From: Lama guanicoe
Taxonomy: Eukaryota
Reading direction: 5' to 3'
NCBI GenBank assembly: GCA_013239625.1
Contig: MU053482.1
Span: forward strand, 2,643,168 to 2,707,167
DNA: 64,000 bases
The position numbers and the translations under genes were made by a program. Positions 54,219 through 64,000 of the stretch are shown here, one piece after another. How positions within the stretch are numbered: the first letter of the stretch is position 1; the number at the start of each line of letters is the position of its first letter. Under the pieces are notes generated by a model. The model made no database searches and was not told the DNA's origin. It worked only from the letters and a program-made list of their open reading frames with translations.

Positions 54219-55439
54219 TGAAAACATTATGTTTAAGTGAAAGAAGGCAGTTACAAAAGACCACATACTATGATTCCATTTATATGAAATGTCCAGAATA
54301 AGCAAATCTATAGAGATAGAAAGTAGATTAGTGATTGCCTAGGGCTTTGGGAAGTGGGAGGTAGGGTTTTCTTTTTGAGGATAATAAAAATACTTTGAAT
54401 TCAGGTTGTGGTGGTTATACAATTCGGAATATACTAAAGCCATTGAATTGTGTACCTTAAATGGGTAAATTTTATGGTATGTGAATTATATCTTAATAAA
54501 GATCATTTCAAAAAAGAAAAGCATAAACAGGAGGAAGGTTCCTCTTGAATAACATGTCTCCAGAACCTTTTTTTATTTTGTTTTCTTTCTTCTTTGGCAA
54601 TACCCTTGTACAGTAGTAGGAGAAAATAGTAAATAAGATGGAGACACAGAGCTATACAATCTCTTCTCCTTAGCTTTAGATTACTGATAAGTGTTAATAG
54701 CAAGCATATATGTAATGCCAGTGCTGTTCCAAGGAATGTATGTTTAACACAAATACCTCACTACACCTCTGTGAAGCACCTTCCATGTACAGGTAGGGAA
54801 ACTGGCGTAGAGTGGTTAAGTAAGTTGCCCAAGGTCACATAGATAATATGTGGTAAAATGAGATTTTGAAGCAGGCTGTCTGGCTCCAGAGTCCTCATTC
54901 TTAAGTATAATGTTCTACTACCTCTTATAAGCATTCTTTCCTAGGTAAGGGAGATTCGAGCTACTGGGTTGGTGATTGCATTTGTCATTGAGGTAGAAAA
55001 TACAAAATGAGAATTTTGTGGGAGACTGTGTTAAGATAGAGGTGACTATGGACCACAAAGCTCACCAAAGCCAGTAAGTAGCTAGATATATATATAGATC
55101 AGGAGCCCTGAAGAGAAAAGACTAGATAGATTTTAAAGAACTTACATATTACATATTCTTTGAAGCCATGGATACAGATATGATATTCCAGGAGGAAGAG
55201 TACGTAAAATGAAAAAACTAAGACAGAAACTTGAGAATGCTAAATATTTAGGAACCCATAGGAGAAATGGAAAAGGATTAGCTAGGAAGCTGGAGAAAAC
55301 CAGGAGTGTGTGGATGTCATAGAAGCCAAGCCAAGAGAATGCTCTAAGAAGGAGATAAAGGTCAAAGGTATCGAATCAGATATAAGACTGAAAAGTATCC
55401 ATCACATTTTTTTGTGTGTGTGTTTAACTCTTGTAACAC

Positions 55440-55930
55440 CTGATCATTTTTAAAACTCATCCATGTTTAATTTGATGAGTTTTGGCAGTTATGTATACAC
55501 TCAGATGATCACCCAAAAGAAGACAGAACATTTCCATCACCACAGAAAATTCCCTTGTTCCTCTTTACAGTTAGTCCCCCAACCTTGCAACCACATTTTG
55601 ATTTCTACCACTGTAGATTAATTTTGCCTGTAGGAGTTATATTAATGGAATGATACAATATGTATTATTTTGTCTGTCTTATTTCCCTCAGCATAATGTT
55701 TTTGAGAGTCTCCAGTGTTATTATATGTACATGTATGTAGTTTGTTTCTCCTTATTGCTAGGTATTAATCTACTGTATGATTTTATCACTTCTTTATCCA
55801 TTCTTTTATTGATGGACATTTGAATTCATTCCAATTTGAAACTATTAGGAATAAAACTGCTATGGATGTTCTTGTACAAGTCTTTTTATGGATGAATATT
55901 TTCATTTTTCTTGGGTAAATATACCTAGGA
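55440..55930 (-). mobile_element. Old L1M 3' fragment
   Basis: aacatttccatcaccacag..gatggacattt..ttgggtaaatatacctagga. Confidence 0.7.
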
Positions 55931-57710
55931 ATGGCCATTAAATTTCGTGTTAAAGTGAAGGTTTGTGACCACAGCCAGAGCAGTTTCAGTACTTAGGGAG
56001 AGAAACCAGATCGATGGCACTGGGAAATCAGAAAGTATTCTTAGTAATAACTATTAAGGAAAACGAGCCGTGATGAAGAGAAGTGGTAGCTGAGTCAGAG
56101 GCAAGATTTTATTTGATTTTATTTTTGTGTTTTGAGTTATTGATGGGAAGGAACTGGGAAAGAGAGAAGATTGTTTACAGAAGAGGTCCCTGAGATCCCT
56201 AAGGAGGAAAGACAGATGAAATGCAGAGTATAGGTTGGAAGGATTAGTCCTACCTTATGAGAAGATAATATGGTAGGAGAGAAAGAAGAAACGTGTGACA
56301 ATGGAGAGATGTAATAGGCTTGTTGGCAGAGAATTCCTCTCTGATGACTTCTGTATTTTCTGTGAAGTTGGGGGTTGATTAATTTGCTGAAAATGAGGTG
56401 GTGAAGGAGACAGGGTCAGGGATAGCAGGAGAGGAAGTAGGGGTTGAAGGTTTGAGACAAATGGAAAGTATTTTAAATAGTCATCATGAAGAAACAAAGA
56501 ACTGTAAGTATGCTGGACAGCTTTGGGGATTCAGAAGAGATTGGAAGAGCCCAAGAACTTTTATGGCCCTTCAGGACTATTCCATCAAATAAGTTGTTAG
56601 ATCTGAAAAGTGCTTTGTAAATATGAGACCCATACAGTTATTTCTGACTAGAGGTGTATGTTTTAACTATCCATGTTTAGTGTCCTATTCAACATACTTT
56701 TTTGGACAAAGGATCTAATTTATTATAGAGTTGTGTGTCAGGAGTGCCCTCTGTGATTTTCATAATTATCTAACAATGGTTTGCTTCCCTTACCTGTGAT
56801 AGGATAAGCAATTTGGGTAATAAATATTAACATATACAGTGTTTATCTTAAGGGAAATAAAGTACAATCTAGCCTTGTAGTTTTGAAAGGACTTTATGCT
56901 TTTTTTCATTGAGCAATGTCAGAAGTGGAGTTGGAGTATGTCAGTACCTTTCTCTTCTGCAGCTTCTATTCCTCAAACTCCGTAGTCTCAGTGAAAGCAA
57001 GCCAGGGCATGCTTAGCAAACTGAATTATGCGGATATTCCTGTAGCAAGCCATGTTGTTAGTGCTACTTTGTTGAGGTTTAGGAGAGACTTTTTTAAGGT
57101 TCTTTTTCATATCAGTGGTTCAGTTAAGATAAAACCATCACCAAAGTTGAGATTCCTGATAGATAGACCTAAATGTCCATTTCTAAATTCTTGTCTCTGT
57201 TCTCTCCTCTTTTTCTCACAAGTATTTTTAGTTTTAGGTCTCCTAACCCTCATCTCAGCTGCCTGCCAATTTCAGATACTCCGTTTCTGAATTTCCTGGA
57301 ACTTGACAGAGCTTTCAAGTTCTAACATTTCACCCATCCAATAGAATATTCTACTTCTTTAAAATTGGTAGTGTAAACTCTGTCCCTCCATTTTACCCTT
57401 TAGCATCCCGTGAAATCTATGAAAACTACCTCATTTGCCAGCATGTTCTAATTACTCTGTACTTAACTGAATTACATTCATCATTTGGAACGTACTTACT
57501 CCCTGGGTGTATTTAAATAAAACTGTAAAGATTTAAAGACAGTTTTCCACAAATGTGAATCAAAGAAGTGTAACTGAATCAATAAACTGCAAACCGTGGG
57601 TACAGGGTAGCCCACGATTTTTGTGTTGCTATACTAAGAAACCTCCTCATTCCAGGTTAAGAAATGTCGTAAGATGCAGCATGAATGACCAGACTTAAAT
57701 GTAGAAGCAC

Positions 57711-57837
57711 TTTTTGGGGGGGGCAAGGTAATTAGGTTTATTTATTTATTATTTATTTTAATGGAGGTACTGGGGATTGAACCCAAGACCTCATGCATGC
57801 TAAGCACGCACTCTCCGCACTGAGTTATACCCTCCCC
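57711..57837 (-). mobile_element. vic-1-like tRNA-Ala SINE
   Basis: TSD agaagc(a/g)cttt (57703 / 57838). Confidence 0.88.
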
Positions 57838-58479
57838 AGAAGCGCTTTGTATAGTAGTAAATTTATAAGGAAAATCTGGAATTGAGACCAAGTAAAAGAA
57901 AGGCCTAGTTTCTCCGTTAAATGTTTAGGTGAAACCGGCCTGAGGTTAGGACCTGAGCTTGACAGCTTTTGGCCTGGTTTGTGTGGCTTCATGCAAAACC
58001 ACATCTAGGATTTGTTAATCTGGATTTCTTTTAATATCATTTCTTGTCACAATAAAGATTACTTGCAATTGGAGTTCTTTCTTGTATACCTGAACCATTA
58101 GATTTATGTTTTCATAATAATTTGTGGTGATAATTGTCTAACAAATTAGACCAAACTTGAAATATCTAAGAGCTTCATGTTATAAAATATTGGTCTGATG
58201 TAGGTTTAAGCCACTGAGGAAACATTAATTTTTTGTTTTTTTTTTAAGGTATGAAGTCAGCTTAGTATTTAGTTAGTAATTTTAACCATCAATTTTAAGA
58301 CATTCTTTTTCTTCTTGCCCATAATTCTGGATATTTTTCACTTTTAAAATTATGAAATCTATCAAACATAAGGAGGAGTACCTGTATAAGTAATTGTATA
58401 AACACTCATATACCCACTTGGTTTTTAACAGATCCTAACATTATGCCATATGTGTTCAGACCTTTTTTTAAAAATTATG

Positions 58480-58760
58480 GTAAAAAAACAACATAAAATT
58501 TACCATCTTAACCATTTTTAAATGTAGAATACAGTAATGTTAACTATATACACACTGTCATGTGATAGATCTCTAGAACGTTTTCATCTTGGAAAACCTC
58601 AAACTCTATACCCATTGGATAACAACTCCCCCTTTCACCTTAGTACTTGACAGCAACCATCCTGTTTGCTAAGAGTCTGACTACTTTAGATACTTTATAT
58701 AAGTGGAATCATGCAGTATTTGTCTTTTTGTGACTAGCTTATTTCACTTAGAATAATATA
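58480..58760 (-). mobile_element. L1MA-like 3'UTR fragment
   Basis: aaaatttaccatcttaaccatttt..ggaatcatgcagtatttgtc. Confidence 0.72.
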
Positions 58761-58794
58761 GCAAGGAAGTATTGAAGTTTCAGTCTGCTCTGTG

Positions 58795-58957
58795 TTGTTT
58801 TGTTTTTGGTTTGAGGGGGAAGGTGATTAGGTTTCTTTATGTATTGTTAAAGTAATTTTTAAATTTAATTTTATTTTTTAGTGGAGGTACTGGGGATTGA
58901 ACCCAAGACCTTGTGCATGCTAAGCACGCACTCTACCACTGAGCTGTACCCTCCCCC
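58795..58957 (-). mobile_element. vic-1-like tRNA-Ala SINE
   Basis: 16-bp TSD with 2 mismatches (58779 / 58958). Confidence 0.88.
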
Positions 58958-59404
58958 TTCATTCTGCTCTATGAACAATTATAGATTGTAAATCTTTCAG
59001 AAATCTCTGAAAAGTTAGCCCTTGATTGACTTTTATCACAGTGCCAGTACCTTTCTGTGAGCCTAAACCGTAGTCGCTGGCTTTAATCCAAAGAGGGTGC
59101 AGTTTATAGTGTTTACAAAACAAAAATCTTTTAGTCCTAAACATAAATATAATTGTAAATTATTACTACTATCTGCATATTGCTTTTTAAAATATTGACT
59201 AAAATCAGATCTTTAGACCTGGAAAGATCCTCAGGAGATCCTCTGGTCCAGTTCCCTGGCTCAAGGCAGCTAAGTTGTTATTAACTTTATTAATAATTAT
59301 TGTTATTAACTCTTGTTTGAGACAACTCAAGGCCCACAGAGGTAGTGGGACCTGAAGGTGGGTAAATGGAGGAAGGGGGTTGTGGTGGTGATTGGTAAAA
59401 GAGC

Positions 59405-60195
59405 CATTCACTCATCCATTTATTCAGCACCTATTGTATGTCTTCTCTCTGTGCAAAGTATCTTTTAGGCACTTGAGTCAGCAGTGAGCAAACAGATAAA
59501 AATCCCTGTCTGTTCTAGTTGAGGAGGAAATAGATAAGAAACAAACAAAATAAGTAAATACATGTAATAAGTCAAATAATGAGTATTAATGCAGAAATAT
59601 AAAGGAGGGAAGAGGGATAGGGTGTATCATCATTGGTGGGTGGAGGGTACAGTTTGAAATGAGGTGAACAAGGAAACTCTCATTGAAGCGACATTGAACA
59701 AAGACTTGAAGAAGATGATGGAATGATAATTCAGATACCAGGAGAATGTTTCAGGCAGAAGGAACATCAAACCTAAAGGTCCTGAGGCAGTAGACCCAGT
59801 GTGTTTGAGGAAAAGCAAGGACACCAGTGTGGCTGAAATGGAATGAAAGAGATAGAGAGTGATAGAAAATGAGGGACAAGGTCATTGGCCTTACAGGCTA
59901 GTGTAATGACACTTGGCTTTGCTCTGATGAGAAACCATCAAAAGATTTTTATCAGAAGAGAGACACGATCTAACTTTTCCCTTCAAAAGGACACTCTGCT
60001 GTGTTGAGAAGAGACTGTGGGGAGGTCACAGTTAGAAACAGGGAGATCAGTTAGGATGCTATTGCAGTAGCATCTCAGTATGAGAGATGGTGGTGGTTGG
60101 ATCAGGAAGGTAATGGTGAAACTTGTGAGAAGAGGCCAGATTCAGGTTAGATTCTGAAGACTGAGTCAACAGTATTGCTGATGGATTCTAAGTGG
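59405..60195 (-). mobile_element. L2 remnant
   Basis: cattcactcatccatttattcagcaccta L2 3' end and typical body. Confidence 0.7.
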
Positions 60196-60484
60196 GAATC
60201 TTCAACCATGTTGAACCCAAAGAACACAATTTATGGGAATTTTAGATGTGGTACAAAACTGATAGGCAAGACTTGTCAGTGTGCTCAGTAGTTTATTGAT
60301 GAATTATTAAAAGCATTCTCTGGAATTTGGGTTTATACTCTGTATATTTTAGTGATATTTCAGCCTATTTCAAACACTGTTCACTTCCTTAGCAGTTTTT
60401 TTTGTGGTTCATAATATTCTTTGTAGATTTTATTTCATATGCATCATTCTTTGTTCTCAATGCCTTTATTTTTCTTCAAGGTAG

Positions 60485-60658
<174 letters not shown>

Positions 60659-60889
60659 TGAAAGCTCATAACACTGTGTTTACTTCGCTCCCCGTTTAGC
60701 TAAAGGCAACACAAAGCTAAGCCTTTTTATGAGCATATTTACCTTGGTGTGGATGCTGGATACAGTAGGGCAGGGAAATTTTTTCTCTAAATGCTAGAAG
60801 AAATCCCATTTGAGTCTAAGTTAAGCAGTCTGCTTTTTGACTAACTTTTATTTTAAAAAATTAACTTAAACAGCATGCACGTACGATAG

Positions 60890-61108
<219 letters not shown>

Positions 61109-61848
61109 TAAAGACACTGTATTGCATACAGTAATTTTAAATAGTTTCCATTTAACTTAAATTTTGTTTTGATAATTTGAGGACACCTTTTGAGGTATTT
61201 GGACGATATTCTATAGAGTATCAAAATCAGTGAGGAAGAGGTGAAGGGGTGGTGTCCCCAGCCTATATTTAGTAAGATCTTTCTTGCTTTTACATTTCAA
61301 ATTATTAGTTTTTACAAAATATGCATGAAAGTAGACATTTGATTTTGCCTGTATAACATTGTCTCTCAGTGTTTACTTTGCTTCAAGAAGTAGCCTAGTT
61401 CTCCACTTCCTTGTTTTTATGGAAAGCTGCTGAGCATATGTATACGTAGTCAAGGAACTTATAACCCCCAGGAGTGAGAATGACAGCGGGCCTCACGTAC
61501 ACTGAGGTATCTGTCTATCTTCCCAGTTTCAGCTTCCCACTGTTCAGGGTCACTGTTCCAAAGTGGCTCTGACAACATGACTCACGTAGTTTGCTGTGAT
61601 AAGCCACTCTTCCTCTTGAACTTGTCTAATTGAAAATTGGAGGGGAGGAAGGATGGCTGAGGGAGGATTTTCTGCTTTCTGTAGGATCACTGGATGTGTT
61701 ATTGAATTGCCTCAGAACAATGAGGGAAGAATCAAGATGAACATGATCTTAAGTAGTGTATGTTTTTATAGTTGATATCATTTTGAAATTGTATAAGCTT
61801 TAAAATTTTTGCTTGTGCTGATTTATTGGCTTACATCTTTTGTTCTAG

Positions 61849-61932
61849 ATGGAAAACTCATAGATGGTCAGGTCATTCAGTTGGAGGATGGTTCTGCTGC
61901 CTATGTTCAACATGTACCCATACCTAAGAGTA
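61849..61932 (+). CDS. ZNF143: ZNF143 exon 4 (DGKLIDGQVIQLEDGSAAYVQHVPIPKS)
   Basis: ttctag / gtaagt; 84 nt; within ORF 61809..62030. Confidence 0.95.
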
Positions 61933-62473
61933 GTAAGTATTTGATACTTACTTATCCTCCTGATTCTCATAGTTCAGTGTTTGCTGCCTCCAGCTGCTTT
62001 TTACTACTTAAATTTGGTCCTGATCTCTAGTCCTTCTTCTCAAGGGGGAGATGGGTAGATGTCAAAGAGAGGATGCAAAGACCATTTTAACTTAACTGAG
62101 ACATTGTCTCAAAGATACTGGAAAGGAACTTACTAGACTGCACTCTGGAGATAAATGGGCAACAGTTCTAAGTGAATATTTCTGTTATTTGAGCTAAATC
62201 CTACATATTTTCATTTTCTTCTTTTTTTTTTCCACCCCTTCTTCCAACTTTCCTTATCCCCTGCTATAGATTCCTAGAACAGGTATTCTAATATCTTTCT
62301 ACCTTCAAACCCTTACTCAGAGCAGCTTTGCTGAAATTATTTAAATATTTAAGGATCTGTAAAGCAAGTGTAGGTTTTTATGATGTGTTTAATGGTTTAT
62401 TGGCTCTGTTGTTGCTGCGTTATCAGAACACGCTTGGAAAGCATGGGATCTAAATGTAAGCATTGTTCTTGAG

Positions 62474-62557
62474 CAGGGGACAGTTTGCGTTTAGAGGATG
62501 GTCAAGCAGTGCAGTTAGAAGATGGAACTACAGCATTTATTCACCATACCTCCAAAG
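62474..62557 (+). CDS. ZNF143: ZNF143 exon 5 ((TG/R)DSLRLEDGQAVQLEDGTTAFIHHTSK); alternative start 62477
   Basis: Tandem acceptor GAG|CAG; donor gtaaat. Confidence 0.93.
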
Positions 62558-63831
62558 GTAAATTAACTTTGAACATTTGTAAAATAAGAGAGTGGTTGGG
62601 TGTGGGAAAAATAAGACCTACCTTTAGTTGCTGAAGTGCTGTCATACTGTTCTTGTTCTCTGAAATACAAGATCGCAACTTTTGGCACAGTCTAAGGAAA
62701 ATCTTTTCTAATTATTTGAGTTGTGCAGTAACAAGTTGGAATAGCAAACCTCTGTCCTTGGAAACTTCAAATAGAGGCTGCTTTTGAAATATGAAATTAG
62801 ACATTTGAAAGTTGAAAGGGGTAAATTGGGTGTTCGAAATCTGCACCTCTTGGGGAGTGATGGAAATGTTAGCTATCTTGATTATGGTGTTGGTTTCATA
62901 GGTGTACACATCTATCATAATTCATCAAATTGTATGTCTGAAATATGTGTAATTTACTGTACAGGAATTGTACCACAATAAAGTTAAAAAAAAGAAATAT
63001 AACTATTAAAAAGATATAGGGGGATTTAGGTTGTGGGTTCAGAGCTTATAGCATGGGGAGCTTCTTTTATAAAAAATAAGAATTACTAATACAAAACTAT
63101 ATGTGAATATTTATAGAGAGAAAAGAAATCAAGTTGTAAATTTTAAGAACAGAATAAATACCACAAGTGTGGAAATCAAGGAAATTGAACACTATTAGTA
63201 ATTAACTGCCTGATACACTTCTCTAGATACATTTTCCCTATATAGTTTGGCTGTGTACTTTTTAGTCACCAATTTATATGGTAATGATCTTGTAATATTT
63301 TCTATAGCAAGAATAAAATAATTCACTTTTCATTCAGCTTGGCTTAGAGAAGTTTGTTTCCATTCATAACTCTTATTTTTAACTGTTTTGTATTATTACC
63401 ATATTTGAAAAAACCTTTATCATGTTTCTTTCATACAAGATTTCCTGGGTAGTAACTACTCTCTGAATTGACAGTACTCAATAACTAGTGCATGAGGCAT
63501 ATTACAAATTTATATTAACCTTGTAAATGACAGCGTTTTGTGGCAAATGAGCACATCTTTTCCCAATGTATCTAAATGATTCACTCTTTTAATTGGGCCA
63601 TCAAGTAATCCAGTAGCCTATTCATTATTTCTGTCCCAAATATATCTTTTCCTCTTAATAAATTACCATGTTTTGGTTTAATTAAAAAAAAAGTCTTTAG
63701 CAAGGTCCCTTCCCCTTTGTGTTGGTCTTTAAAACTGAATAAAAACTTTAAAACTATCTGAGGCAAATATGGCAAAATGTTTATGTGTATTAACTTTATG
63801 TAGGGAGGACCAGGGGTTTGAGGTGGAATAC

Positions 63832-64000
63832 GTAGTAGCAGTGAGCCCAGCTCTGCAGCCAGACTGTCTAGGTTCAAATCTGGGTCTGTCTTTTAGCTGT
63901 GTGACTTTGAGCAAATTATTCAACCTCCCTGTGCTTCAGTTTCATCATCCATAAAATGAGGATTACAGTAAGTATCCACGTCATAGGGTAGTTGTGAGGA
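63832..64000 (+). mobile_element. MIR SINE
   Basis: gccagactgtctaggttcaaatc..gctgtgtgactttgagcaa..tcagtttcatcatc. Confidence 0.8.

Larger units (their letters stand above)
52700..54500 (+). mobile_element. Old L1MB-like element interrupted by a SINE and a younger L1
   Basis: Sense L1 motifs 52700-53493 resume colinearly at 54219-54500. Confidence 0.82.

Noticed and set aside
53842..54264. 140-aa minus-strand ORF
   Set aside because: L1 ORF2 C-terminal remnant, not a host gene
56916..57290. 124-aa ORF in ZNF143 intron 1
   Set aside because: No recognisable homology, splice context or codon signal; probably chance or an old repeat

Overview
Mammalian genomic DNA, most likely a camelid (alpaca/llama/camel), inferred from about 10 copies of a tRNA-Ala-derived vic-1-type SINE. 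Two genes lie on the + strand. IPO7 (importin-7) is present from intron 1 onward: coding exons 2-25 (8629-34521) splice into one open frame, followed by a ~2-2.6 kb 3'UTR, and the H/ACA snoRNA SNORA23 sits in intron 13. After an intergenic L1 remnant comes ZNF143 (Staf): CpG-island promoter, non-coding exon 1 and coding exons 2-5, running off the right edge. The rest is intronic or intergenic DNA rich in L1, L2, MIR, MaLR and hAT remnants. Most notable by eye: (1) several other IPO7 introns contain hairpin-H box-hairpin-ACA folds resembling unannotated or decayed H/ACA snoRNAs, best in introns 22, 16 and 20; (2) a spliced 55-codon upstream ORF overlaps the ZNF143 start codon; (3) unusual splice signals (a GC-AG intron, a GAG/CAG tandem acceptor, several AAG acceptors). 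All folds were done by hand and comparisons to human sequences are from memory, so they need computational confirmation. Exon numbers assume the human gene structures.
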